From the human T2T-CHM13v2.0 reference genome, Homo sapiens: a DNA stretch of 64,000 nucleotides. The stretch lies in the NCBI RefSeq assembly GCF_009914755.1, contig NC_060925.1; one strand, 5' to 3'. Positions within the stretch are counted from its first letter, which is position 1; each line of letters begins with the position of its first letter. Below are positions 11,832 through 26,159 of the stretch, one piece after another. A program made the translations under genes and the position numbers. Under the pieces are notes generated by a model. The model did no database searches, was not told where the DNA came from, and saw only the letters and a list, made by a program, of their open reading frames with translations.

Positions 11832-14800
11832 GTGAGGCCCTTTCCCTATACCCCCACCCTCAAGGGGCTTGAGTGGACTTGTCTAGATTAATTACACAGA
11901 AGGCACATTATTCTGGGGTGGGAGAGGCCTGGGCCCGGCTTTTTGTCAGGTGGGTGAGGCACATTCCACTTATTGAGCAAACAGTTAGTGAGTGCCTGCT
12001 GTCAGACACTCGGGCTTGGGTGCAGACATGGGGGATTAAAGCCCTCAGGGAGCTTACAGTCTGGGGAATAAGGTCGCTAAGGCTTGAGGAGGGTTCAAAC
12101 TATGCATAGAGAGGGGTATCCAAAGGGGCCCAGCAGGATCAAAGAAGGTGAAAAACAGCAGGTATATTCTAAAAACTACCAACAGTTCAGGATGGTGAAA
12201 GGAAAGTGAGGGAGGGGGGCGCTCCCAGTGGTGAGGCTAGAAGAAATGAGAGCTGAGGTGGGGCCACATCCTAGAGGCTTTAGTGGGGAAGCGAGGGCTA
12301 GGCAGGGAATGCTGTGATCTTTTGGCATTTGGCAGAGTTCTGAATAATCTTATTCTCCTGAAATTAGAAGACTGTGATGAAGTGTATAGTTTGGGTATTG
12401 AATAAAAAAGAATGGGTACCTGCAGGAAGGAAAGGAGCTAAGATGCTATCCCAAAGGCCTGATGCTGGTTGCCCAGACAGGGGAGCATGAACATGGGGGC
12501 CTTGTTTTGGACTCTTAGCCTCCAGTGACTAGAATAAAAAGGGCCTAAAAAAGCTAAAGTGAGAGGCAGGAGAAGCTCCTCGGTTTTCATTGTTCTGAAT
12601 CTTTTGGTTCCACTTGTGTGGTTGTGTGTACAAGTCAGAGTGAACCTCATTCCTGTGGATAAGAGCCACCATTTCTCCTACTGGTGAAATTAGAAGGAGG
12701 TTGTATAGGGCTTATGCAATAGAAAAGATCAAGATGGACCTTTGGGTATAGTTGGCTTTAGGAGGAGGAATTTTACCAAGATACTGTTTTGCTGTCTCTG
12801 TACTACTTCCTGTGTGTTAACTCCATTCTCAGACAGGCCATTCTCCCATGGAGGCAAGGTGACTGCATTTCCAGCCTTCCCTGGTAGGTTGAAATCTAGT
12901 GGAAAGAGTCTCTGCCTCCCTCCTCAAAGCCCCCATAAAGTTTGTGTGTCTCATTGGTTTTGATTGGGTAAAGTGCTTATGCCTGGGTCCATGCAAAGCA
13001 CGTGGCCTGAGTTGTGGAGTGGGAGGTTCCCCTCGCCGAGGGCAGTTAGACCAAAGCTACCAAAAAAAGGAGGAGTGGACGCCGGGGACCAAAAAACAGC
13101 AACATGTGTGCTCCTCAGGAATGATGCTTCCCTTAAGATTAGCATCCAGACTCTAGAAATCCCCACTCCAGAATGACAGCTGTGGCAGTGGAACCAGAGG
13201 ATTTGCTGTCATCAGTTGGCCTCTATGGAGAGTGAGACGCTGTCCTGGAGATAGAAATGTGGAGTTGGTTTCCTTCCTTTCCTTCCTGGGGAAAATCAAA
13301 CCATTTACAGTTCATTTCCATTGCTGTGGCTTAGGAAATGTCAGTGTCTGAACAGATGGAGAAGTGAGATGGCAGCATGTGCAATTAGAATTGGGGGAAG
13401 GGGTGTCACCAAGCCTCAGGAAGCCCCATTCCTCACCTGCCCTGGCTTCTGGTCAAACTTGCCTTCCAAGCACCTTCTCCAGCTGTCACTGAGGTTCCTT
13501 CCCAGGGATCAGTGGAACTTGGGGACCAGCTGAGTGGAGTGATACATTTTCTGGTGTTAGTGACTGAGTTGCCTTCTGAGCCAAACAGCTTGTCTCCATA
13601 AAGGAGGAATCCAGATGCTGGGTGCTCAAGCCCCCTCCTCCCCCTGTCAGAGCCTTATTTCCATACTCCAGAGTGCAGCTGAAGTGTATTACCTTGCACC
13701 CTGGTAGCGGACCACTGCCAAAGCATGCATCATCATCAGCTCTGCTACTTCTTAAAGGAACAGGCTTGGAGGTGGTTTTTCCCTCCATGATTCCTCTCTG
13801 CTAGGTCTGGGTTACTTTAAAAATCAATAGCTCACTCTTCTGCCAGGGCCCTCCCTTTATGTAATATAGCTGATCAGTGGCTGAGCCAGGCAGGGGCCAG
13901 GACCAGTCCTGGAGCTTGTGAAGGTTCCGCATTCTAGCCTAGCCTTCATATGAGTGAAAATAAAAAGAGATGAGAGGGTGGGTCATTCTTGGCCTCTGCA
14001 GCCAGTCTATCCCCATCAGTGTGGGTTGTCTGCAGATTGTGGAGGCAACAGGAGGGAGCTGCCTGGAAGTCGTTGAACTAGGGCCAAAGATTGGGTAGCA
14101 TTTTGACCGGAAGCCTTAAAATTGGCCAGGGTCCCACACTAACTGGTGTTCTGGGGTGCACAGCACATGAATTGATGCCAAGTGCTCTCAGATGTACTAG
14201 GAGGAGGTGCTTGGCTCCATTTTTGGTGCCCTCAGAGGCTGTGGGACTCTGGATGCCTGACTGGTGACATCAGGCAGCCAGAGAATTTCACTCTTGGCGC
14301 TAACCGGTTCTGGCCACTGAGCTTTCTCCATTGTGTCTGCTTATCCAAGAGTTAGAGTGAAGTCAGCTCTCTGTGGATCTGAGAGTTGGCTCAGGCCAGC
14401 CTCTCAGCTGGGGGAAGAGGTCAAGTCAGTTGGGAGCTTAAAAGCCAATGGAGGAAAAGGTCAAGTCCCAGCCCCCTCCATTTGAAGAAAGGTTTTTTCT
14501 TTTCAAGCAAGGGAATGGTCCGTGGGCATGTGAATGTGCCCACTCTTTGCTGAGGAGGAAGGAGACCATTTCTATCCAGATGTCTCTCTGCAGACAAGAG
14601 GCTAAAGGACGAACGGTAACAAGGTGACAGGAGCTGTCTCCACATGGGTCCTGCCTCCCAACTCTCTCAGCCTTCTGCTCCTCATCTGTCATCCAGGGGA
14701 CTGTGGATGACCTCATCCCATAACCACATCTCCAATGGGAGACAGTGGAACAGCCATTCCTTCACACAGGGGAAAGCTAATTGGCAATAATCCTTGCGGG

Positions 14801-15434
14801 AAGGTCAGACTCCTCTCTTACAGATCTAGGGAAGGCCTGGGGTAAAATGATGGCTCTTTGGAAAATGCCAAGCTCCTTCAGATTCCATACCCCCTCGGGC
14901 CCTCTAGCATAGGCAACGAACTTGTTCCTGGCTTCACGCTTTCTCATTGAATCAAAGCTCTCATGCATGGCCTGGATTTGTAAACACATGCTGGCTGCCA
15001 GCAGTGGCAAGTTAGCCTCCTGACCCACTTCTCTCCTGCTTTCACTCTGGTGTATGAAGGGGGATGAGGGAGGGGCCAGAGAGGTGGCCACTTGGACCTT
15101 TGGCAGGAAATCTTCACTGTGCCAAAGCATTGTGTTTCTGGAGCCGGAGCTGCCTGAGGCACTCTTCTCCAGCCTCCTCAGCCTTCCATGGAGCTGCAGA
15201 CCCTACATAGACCTACCCCTGCCGGGCTCCAAACAGATCCCCCTACCCATTCCTTTCATGTACTGTTTGGTCCTGGAAGAGGCTCACACAAGTTGGCTTT
15301 GGGTTTTGCTTCAACATAGAAACCACGAGCCTTATACCTTGAATATGGGTAGTTTCATTGCCAGTAATGGGAACTCTGGAACTGCCAAAGGGACTGTATC
15401 CTCTTTCTGACCTGGTGTTGCTTTCTTTTGTTAG

Positions 15435-15536
15435 GCTTCCCAGCTCTGTGCCCAGCAGCCTGTCCAGAGTGAGCTGGTACAGAGATGCCAACAACTGCAG
15501 TCTCGCTTATCCACTCTAAAGATTGAAAACGAAGAG
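15435..15536 (+). CDS. SRGAP2: SRGAP2 coding exon 8 (F-BAR extension, ~A353-E386)
   Basis: ttgttag|GCTTCC...GAAGAG|gtgagt; 102 nt; ASQLCAQQPVQSELVQRCQQLQSRLSTLKIENEE. Confidence 0.96.
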
Positions 15537-16562
15537 GTGAGTTTCTTCCTTAGGAGGCTCAAAGCCACACTCTTAGTTTCCCTGTTGAAACTTTTGCTGC
15601 TGCCCGTCTGGGAGCAGGTGGAAGGAGCATGCAGAGAATGTCCGGGCGGCCGCAAACATTTCCTAGCCAAATGTAGGCTTGGACTTTCCCCCTCTGCTAC
15701 ATCCTGCCCTTGAACTCCAGGAAGTTGCTCTTGCATTGCCAAAGGTTGTGCTCTATTTTGAGCTTTTGCGAAATGCTTTTTTTCCCCTCTACACATTTAA
15801 TCAAAATGGCACTTGGCAGCTGTGTGAACAATATTGTGTCTCTGAAACCACCTCCTCATGCCTAGCTTTTTCCAGCATGTTCAAACAAACAGAGGCCTTT
15901 GACTTTGACACTTCAAACATCTCCATCCTCTTAGGAAAGGGTGAGTTTCTTCTGGGCTCAGTGTATTTGCTTTCAAAAAGCGGTTCAAAAGGGCGGGTGA
16001 TCCAGCTTTCTGTTGAGCTCAGATGGCTTCTTACCTTGTGTCTCAGTAAGTCTTACTTTCTGCAGGAAGATCAGGAAGAAGTAGGGATAGGTCACTTAGT
16101 TTGCAAATGAGCAAACAAGTTCATCAGTTTGTTGAAGGTCATGAAACAGAACCTGGGGCTTTGCAGTACTAGGCCCATCACACATTTTAATTAGCTGTTT
16201 GTATGAGGGGGTTGGTTTAGATTTATTTTATTCTCTTTCCCTTAAAACTTCTATTATAATGTTGTTATATAATATTATAATAATGCTAATATTAAATTTT
16301 AAAAGTAAACATTAAAAGATCTGGGTCAAGTACATAGCATGAAGGGTTGTAGTGGCTTTTAGGTTTTCACTGTAGAGAGTAGCATGCTGTAGCAGAGTCC
16401 ATGTGATGTTTACCTCCCACTTAGCACTGTCCAGTGGGAAGCAGAGCTGCACACTCTGATGGCATCCTGTGGCCTTCCCCAGCCCACTCTCTTCAAGCTT
16501 CTCCATCACCTGCTGTTTAACAACCCACCCTTCATGCATCCTGTTGGCCCTTGTCGTGGCAG

Positions 16563-16760
16563 GTAAAGAAGACAATGGAGGCCACCCTGCAAACCATCCA
16601 GGACATTGTGACTGTCGAGGACTTTGATGTGTCTGACTGCTTCCAGTACAGCAACTCCATGGAGTCCGTCAAGTCCACGGTCTCTGAAACCTTCATGAGC
16701 AAGCCCAGCATTGCTAAGAGGAGAGCCAACCAGCAAGAGACAGAGCAGTTTTATTTCACA
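16563..16760 (+). CDS. SRGAP2: SRGAP2 coding exon 9 (F-BAR extension, ~V387-T452); last exon shared with SRGAP2B/C
   Basis: tggcag|GTAAAG...TTCACA|gtaagg; 198 nt; VKKTMEATLQTIQDIVTVEDFDVSDCFQYSNSMESVKSTVSETFMSKPSIAKRRANQQETEQFYFT. Confidence 0.97.
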
Positions 16761-16784
16761 GTAAGGGAGTGCTATGGCTTTTAA
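16761..16784 (+). other. Intron-9 read-through encoding VRECYGF-stop (C-terminal tail of SRGAP2B/SRGAP2C-type truncated proteins)
   Basis: GTA AGG GAG TGC TAT GGC TTT TAA in frame with exon 9; 452+7=459 aa, the recalled SRGAP2C length. Confidence 0.93.
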
Positions 16785-19685
16785 AGAGCGTCAGCATGCA
16801 CTGCAGCACTCAAGGGAGATTTGGAACTCAGAGTCCTTGTTAAGTGTCTGAAGGACAGGCGTTGAATATCTTAGATACGAATGTGGGCATACTCAGAGAC
16901 CATCCCTACACTTAAAGGTGCAAACATTAAAAGTTGTATATGTCTAACAGGGATCCGCCCAAGAGAAAGGATGCTCCCAAGTATACAACTAAGAAGATTT
17001 TCTTTTTTAAGAAATTTTTAACTAGCTAGTAGGCTTTCACTGGAAAGTTTCCTTCTCAGGCACAGGGGATCCTGAAAGGGGAACTTCATCTTTTAGTTCT
17101 TGGAGAGTACATACAAATATTCATAATAACACATATTTTGTTTATAAAAATCTATAATCTCTTCTAGGTGATATGATGACATTATTTTATAACTTTTATT
17201 GTTGGGAAACTATTTTTTCTAATTATTGCTAAAACTTAAAGGATGGGTAATATGCAGCATTACTATTTTGCACATAATTCCAAAACATCGTATTTTCTTA
17301 TTCATGTATCTCTAGTCTTCTTTTAGACAGTTGGACCCTTTTTTCTTTTTCTTTTTTTTTTTTTTTTTAAGTATTGTTAACAATCCTTTGGAAGTCACTA
17401 CTGGTCTTTGTGTGCTGCTTTTTAATAATTGAGTTATTTTGAGCTTGCCAAGTAGGATCTATTGCCTGGACTAAAATTTATTTCCTAATCTTCTGATGAC
17501 CAAGAAAGGAAAAATTAAGTTTGCAGATGTGAGATGAAATATAGCCAGTGAATATGCATACTGATTCTGAATGAAAGGAATTAACTTTTCAGTCAAGAAA
17601 CAGTCTGCATGCAGTAAATTGAATTTTTCCTGCAACTGGAATGATTTGTTTAATTCTTCTTTGAACACTGCCCTTTCTCCAGTAAGAACACTAATGATTT
17701 GCTAATATTTTTTAAAGAAATCTGTTTTTTTAATTAGTTAAGCTCAGACTTCCTCTTATTTTTTATCCTAGAGAAAACTGCTAAAAGGGAATGATATATC
17801 AGTACTATTCTTCTAAAACAACTTTTTAAAAATGATTATACAAAGCCAAATATGCTCATTATATAAAATTTAGAAGGAAAAAGAAGGAAATAAAAATTTT
17901 CCATAATTCTACCAGCTAGAGATAATGGTGTTAGAATATATTCCTTTCTAATCTGTTTTCTATGCATGCACAAACACATATGTGAGCACATATTTATAAT
18001 TTTATTCTAAAAAATAGGATACTGCTGTACATATTGTTTTACAATCTAAGTCATATAATTATAATATTCTTTAAGCATATTTATGAGTAAAATATTAAAA
18101 CCTATACAAAAAAATAATAGAATGGCATTTTAGCTCATTCATTGATTTTTGTAAAATATTTAACACACTCCCTGGTTTGTAGTTAGCGTTCAATAAATGC
18201 TAAAAATTTATCTTCACCATCATCATTAATTTATTTATTAATCATTATTAAATTATTCATTGATCATTTTTTGAGGATTTACTATTGCCAGACACTGTGC
18301 TACAAGCTGGGAATGCTGACAGTATAAGATAAAGAGGGAAATGATGGGGGATGGGTCATGTAAAGGGAGAACTTTCATTTTTACTTCATATATATCTAAG
18401 CAGTTATAATAGGTTGATTTTTGTAATTTAAAAAATGTAAAAATGCATACATGCACTAGTGCATGAATGGCAGCCAGGATGAGTGGAATTGGAGAAGCAT
18501 CACACACACAGTGACTTTTGTGTTTGATCTTGAAGAATGAGCGAACCAGGCAGGGAGTCGGGGAGGAGAATCGCATTCCTTGAGGAAAGAGCAGCATGTG
18601 GGAAAACATAAATGCACGCAATAACCTGGCTCACATGTTAAGAGAACTTTCTGACTATAATGAGGGATGTGTTGCTGCCCCAAGCTTCATTATCTAAGGA
18701 GTTTGTTGAACACTCTCTAGAGGCTTTTAATAATAGGATTGTTTAGCTGGTCTGTCTGGACTGCTTAGATATAACACTATTTAAATGACCCAATCTCATT
18801 ACATTGTGAAGATTTCCATTTTTTAGGTTACGTAAGAAATTTTGGACCTAAAAATCTTGCATTTTAAGACAGTCTTTGTCAGAATTACTTTTTGGCTCTA
18901 AATGAATTCTGTAACATTTGTTTTCTAAATTGACCTTTAGTAAAAGCAGGAATGGCCATATTCAAACTGGTAACCTCGCAAATCCTGCCCACCCTTTCAC
19001 TTTCTGTCTCAATACATTGATGTCCTCTAACCCATTTCCTGTCTTATGTGGCTCTAGTGCCACTTATCAAAATTGTGTGCAAATTTCCTTGGCTAACAGT
19101 AACAGTTTTTGTCTGGGCTTGTCTAGCAGTGGAATTCTGCCTGAGTTCATCATTTTTGTGACTGGTACTTGAAGTGCATCAGATGATTAATTTCATGATA
19201 AGAGGGCTTTTTGGGGTGGTGAAATAGACATTTATGGAAAATGGGATACCCACATTAAGCAGGGTGACTACCTGTTTACCATACAACCCACACAAAGCCA
19301 ATACAACTATAGATGTGCTTTCTTTAGTCTGTTGCCTCTGCAAACATTGCCCGTGTGTTTCTCTATGCCCTTCAAAAACATCAGAGCAGCACATCCTGGA
19401 AGATCCTATCTTTTGTAAGTTTAAGAAGCAGCCTCTTGTCACAGCTTGACTCCTAGGTAGTGTGCCTAGTGACCAAGAGGGCTGCTAAGAAAGCTTTCTG
19501 ACCACTTGTGGCTGTCATTGGACTGATTTGCCCAGATGACATCAATTGGGAATTTGAGGCATGACCTATAAAGATCAGTTGCTTGCAAGAGTCTCAGGAA
19601 AATAATTGTGGAGTTAAGAAACTTGAAGCGATTTTTAAAAATTACCTAACCCAACCTTCTCATTTGAAAAATTAAAAAATAAATA

Positions 19686-19982
19686 GGCCAGATATGGCGG
19701 CTCATGCCTGTAATCCCAGCGCTGTGGGAGCCTGAAGCGGGTGGGTCTCTTGAGGCCAGGAGTTCAAGACCAGCCTGGACAACATGGTGAAACCCTGTCT
19801 CTACTAAAAACACAAAAATTAGCTGGGTGTGGTGGCAGGCGCCTGTAATCCCAGCTACTCAGGAGGCTAAGGTGGGAGGATTACTTGAACCGGGGAGGCA
19901 TAGGTTGTAGTGAGCCAAGATCGTGTCACTGCACTCCAGCCTGGGTGACAGAGTAAGACTCTGCCTAAAAAAAAAAAAGAAA
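19686..19982 (+). mobile_element. Alu, sense
   Basis: ggccag...gctcatgcctgtaatcccagc through poly-A. Confidence 0.95.
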
Positions 19983-20003
19983 GATTAAAAAATAAATAAA
20001 TCT

Positions 20004-20309
<306 letters not shown>

Positions 20310-21026
20310 GTAAATCCAGAGAGGATGGGTAGCTCACAAAAGCTGGACCCACCACTCTGGTTACAGGGTCTCTGGCCACAGGCTGCTTCTCTACACCCTG
20401 TGGAAGAAGCAGAGGTGAAGGGAAGGGCTCAGGAACAGCTCAGCAATTTTTGCCTCTTATTTGCCCTCAGTGGTGACATGTTTCCTGATCTTCTTGGCTT
20501 TGTGTTTATCGCTTATCTTTTATAACACATAGTTCATCAATGTCTACTTTTTACCCGTTGCCTTTTTTATTGTGATTGTTAAAAATCAATACTTTTAAAA
20601 GATGCAAAGATTTGAAAAGGGTATACAGGAAAACGTACTATAAAGTTTCTTTTCATTCCTGACTCCTATTTCCCCTCCCCTCTGCTGGTGATTGAAACCA
20701 GTTTCTTCTGTGTCCTTCCAGAGATACTCTATGCATGGACAACAACTGACGTATCTGTAAATACCCTTTAATATGATAAATTACATTAGAAATGTAATGA
20801 AAGAAAATGGAAGTAGATATAGAAGTATTCCACTTATACAGTTCTTCACTTTTTTAACGTTCTTTATCTTGGATCTTATTTTTATGTTAGTCCCAAAAGA
20901 TCTGCGTCCTTTTTAAATGGCTGGATAGAATTCCACTGTATGAATGTGCCATCATTTGTTTAACAAATTCCCTCCTCATAGGCAGTGATGCTCGCTGTTT
21001 AGCCAAGGTTTACCAAAGCTTTATAA

Positions 21027-21358
<332 letters not shown>

Positions 21359-24173
21359 TTATAGGGAGTTGGAGAATTAGGTTCTTTTATGGGGGATAGA
21401 ACAGTGAAGGGGTTAAGGATCATGGCCGATAAAGTAACAAAGCTAAACAGTCTGAATTCTTAGGGACAGGTTTGGGGAAGGTAATAGGAGAGGAGGCAAT
21501 GCCTTGGCCACTGGGGCACTGAGTGACACTAGACTTGGAACTTGTGGTCTGAGATCTTTTTATCTTGGTATTCTCTTGCAGGCCCTTGGTAAACGTGTGC
21601 TAGTGAGTACAAATGAGTGAATGCCCCTGTGCTGTCAATTAAACTGGGGAGACATGCTCCATTTAAAGTTTACTCTATTATGTATTCTATCTGACAGCTG
21701 TTTCCTATTTTAAAAATTGACGGGGAGGAGGGGAAATGTCAGCATGCCTGCATGGTGGGGAAACAGCCACTATAGTGACATCTGTGTATCTCTGAGCATG
21801 GGCTGGGTAGGTGTACTCACTCCTCCTGCCTTGCTGCAGTGGATACTTAGGGTCTTGGGTTCACGCAGATTAAATCCAAGGCATAAGCAACATCCAGTGA
21901 GTTTTATACCCCCATGGTAAGAGTGTATTTAAAGGGAAGAGGTTTTTAAAAATGAAATTTGAAAAGCATTCTAGTGCCTCTTACTACTTTTTTAAGGCCC
22001 AAAACCTTCTGCTTTCATTCTGCTTTTATTTTAGCACAAAGCAAAGATGCTTAGGGAAGGGATGCTTTTAGGTTCACTGAGGAGGTGATTCAGGTATAAA
22101 GGAACACCTTTCTGAGTGCCTGCTCTATGCCAGGCCCTGTGCTATTAACAGTAATGCTTATTATCCAATTTCATTCTCACCAACTTTGTGAAAAAAATAG
22201 TATTCTCATTTTTCGGATGGAAAAACTAAGACTCAGGGGGTTAAATGATTTGCCCAAGGTTAGGAGAGTTAGTAAGTGGTAGGACTAGAATATTCCAACT
22301 CATGCTTTTTCATTTTAATGCAACTAAAACGTCTATCAAGGAGGGAATGTGCAGAAAGAAAAGTTATTATGTTAATACTTTTCAATAAACAAAACTCACT
22401 GCTGACAGTTAATATCCAATTAGGAATTATTAGGAAATCAATTAATGAGATCATAAAAACTGAATTGAAGTTTCACAATGGCACTAAACAAAATGCCCAA
22501 TAGACTCTTTGCCTCCCTTCCTACTTTTTGAAGAAATTCTCAGTTTTGATTATTTTAAGTGTGAAAGTTGTTGGGGGTGGGCACTGGTCAGACTGTGTTT
22601 TAGGAACTTGATTTTATTTTGGTGAATACCTAGAATAAAATATTACCTGTTCTTTTGCTCCTTCATTGAGGAAAACCCCAGGTAGCCACTTTGATTTTGG
22701 GTGTTTGGTGAAGGAAGGAAAAAGAACTACCTAATATTGGAACATGCCCTAAGTAAGGAGAGTGATCCTCATTGCCCAAGGAAGGGATTTTGAGATTGGA
22801 GATTATAAGCAGCCCTTTTCCTGGCCCCCCTGATCTCCAGAAGTCATTAAAAGCCACCTATTCTTCCCTTGCATTCTTCAGCGGTCTCAGCTCCTTTCTC
22901 TGTGTTGTCTGTCCAACAGCAACAGAAACCTTCTAACTCACTTCCACCAATTAAAGACAAGGTCACTTATCCCCAACGAGTCTCTCATATGGATAAGTGC
23001 TGACTTGTGGGTGGGATAGGGGAGTGATAAATAAAATAACGTGCCTGCAGACTCTGAGATGCCTTTACCTTTCCATACCTGGCTTACCTGGATGGAAAAC
23101 TCCCAACTGTGGTTTCCACGCCAGTATTAGGGATACAGTTCATACCTTGACACAGTTATGATCCTTCAGGATTTAATGAAACCCGAAGAGGTAATCCATC
23201 ATACATCTTTACCAGATTGTTATTTATTTTAATGGTTCATCAAGTGATAGCCAGAGTTAACTAATGAATTGTGAACATGAATTTAAAAAATGATTTCTGG
23301 AATCACAAGTAGTGAGAGGAAGGAATTTGTATCCATCTCCTTTGAGAACTGTGGCTGTTTTCTGAGCAGTCTGGTCTTGTTTTGAAGGTTACAGCTTCTT
23401 GGTGAATTTTCCTCATTAGGAAACCTTTAGAGTCTCCTGGGATAACCTTCCAAAGAGAGAGGCTTTTGAGGCTTGCATTGTTGGCAATGGATATTTCCTG
23501 AAGGCTTTCCACCTCTGGGCCCTAAAGTACTGTTCCAAACCCACAATTAGGCATTGGTTGGGGATTTGGATATTACCCCGGGAAGAATGACAGCAGGTGA
23601 GCTGGCATCTGGAGCAGATGGAAAAGGGAAGGTGATAACAGAGCCTCTTTCCTTGCAGAAGTTCTTGTGCAAAAGCATAAAAGGACAGAGGGAACAGATC
23701 ATGAATAAGGCAGTAGAAATGATTTGGTGTAAGATTTGGTTTTGGCTTGTTTTATTTTTAATTTAGAGAGTACGGGCACACTAGGGGCTTGGTTTGTAAC
23801 TGCTGAGGAAGGGTCTACCCAGAGGAGAGTGAGACTGCTCATTCATTTATTCATCATGCATTTATTGAGTATCTGCTATCTGCTAGGCGTGGTAGTATCA
23901 GGGATGCAAAGGATAATGAATGACATGGTCTCTGACCATAGAGAGGAGGCAGTCTGAAGAAAAAGACACATGAGTAATAAACCCTCTGTGACAGGGCTGT
24001 ATGAGAAGTGCTGTCATGGAGATTTGCATGGTACACACAGGACCATCTGGGTGAACATGGGAGGGCTAGGGACTGCATCCCAGAGAAAGCAGATTTTTCT
24101 TTTGTTTTTAAACAAGAGAGAGAATCAGATGCAAGCTCTTAGTTAAAAGTTCACACTGTACAGAAAAGTATAG

Positions 24174-24583
<410 letters not shown>

Positions 24584-25139
24584 TGATGTATAATTATATG
24601 TTTTACTTAATATACATTAAAAGACAGACAGAACTATTACCATTTAAAATGGTGCATCCACCTATCTACCTCAGTGATCTCATATATCACCAGTAATTCA
24701 CGGATCACACTTTGGGAAACCTGGCCATTTGACTTCTGAGTTCAGACTTAGGCAGATAGCCCCTGATCTGGAGGATGAACCACTGCAGCAGGAGGTGATC
24801 AAGGCAAACTAAGACCCCCAAGAAAGGCTGTGGAGGAGAGCGGAAAAGATACTGTGTTAAAAGTCCAAAGGCCTTAGATTGGGCCTGACACTACCACTTG
24901 CTAGCTTGCAATGATCAGCAATTTATTTGATACCTCCCCTCCCCTGAGATAATCTTATCTGTAATAAGGAAATAATATCTTCCCTATGTGCCATACAGTT
25001 ATTTATTGTTAGAGTCGAATGAGAGAATATGCGGTGAAGTGCTCTAAAACCTGCTATGTTGCTGCATGCATAAAGCATTAATACTACAAAATTTAGTTCT
25101 GCTTCTCTCCTTCTCCTGCTCTGTACCATGATGGATGGG

Positions 25140-25335
25140 GCATTTTGTCGTAATGGTTAAGAGCACATGCTGTATTGTCAAACTGCCTGTATTTGGATAC
25201 TAACTTTACCACTCACTAACTGTTTGACCTTGAGCAACTTAATTAAACTCTCGAAACCTCAGTGCTCTCATGTGTAAAATGGAAATGATGATGATGATGA
25301 TAGTTCCTAGGGTTGTTTTGAAGATTCAGTGAATT
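25140..25335 (+). mobile_element. MIR SINE
   Basis: taatggttaagagca...tgaccttgagcaactta...cctcagt...tgtaaaatgg...agggttgttttgaagatt. Confidence 0.7.
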
Positions 25336-26074
25336 GTCTGGGGACATACGGTCTCTCACTGGGCAGACGAGGGTTGAGAGAGAACAAATCTGAAAGTGCA
25401 GCACAGCAATCATATTTTGACTGTGAGAGCAGGTGGGATCACATTTCCAAAACTTCATCTTGTATTTAGACCTGGATGTGTGTATGCAAGTCGGGGATGT
25501 CAGCCCCTTCCGCTGAGTGCTCAGAAATCCGAAGCTTTCCATAAAGACTCCATGCAGAATAGAGAAGGAAGCTGTTGAGGATATGGCTCAAAGATGCTCC
25601 ACATCCTGGGCTTGCAGCTGAGGCAGGGACTGAGCCTGCCATTGGCACTGCTCCTGGTGTGATGGAATGTCCCCCCCTCCTCCCACCGAGGGGCCAGGGC
25701 AGGGTGGGATGTCAGTGGAGGTGACAGATAGCAGGTGTGTGTCCTCACACCAAGAAGACCAGGGCTCAATAAGTTCATCTACCCTCCCTGCTCTTCCTCA
25801 GTGAAACTGCAGGAGAGGGGCTCTAGGAAACAATTTCTTTATACTGGCCATCATAGAACTCCCAGAAAAAACCTGGAGAAGGATATTAATCCACCATGAA
25901 AATCAACAGCTGCCCATATGATCAGTGCCTTAAAGAAATTAAAAAATTGACTGGTGGAAATTGGGTCAGAAACCAAATGACCTCTATATAGGGGAATTGT
26001 CCAGCTGAGCATCTGTGATTTTTTTCTTCTTCTTCAGGAGTCTGATTGCTCTTTTTCCTCCTCCTCTCTTACAG

Positions 26075-26159
26075 AAAATGAAAGAGTACCTGGAGGGCAG
26101 GAACCTCATCACCAAGTTACAAGCCAAGCATGACCTTCTGCAGAAAACCCTGGGAGAAA
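26075..26159 (+). CDS. SRGAP2: SRGAP2 coding exon 10 (end of F-BAR extension, ~K453-S481)
   Basis: cttacag|AAAATG...GGAGAAA|gtgagt; 85 nt, phase 0-1; KMKEYLEGRNLITKLQAKHDLLQKTLGE. Confidence 0.96.

Noticed and set aside
15641-15656. gggcggccgc CpG cluster after exon 8 as a CpG island or promoter
   Set aside because: Only three CpGs in ~12 nt; far too short.
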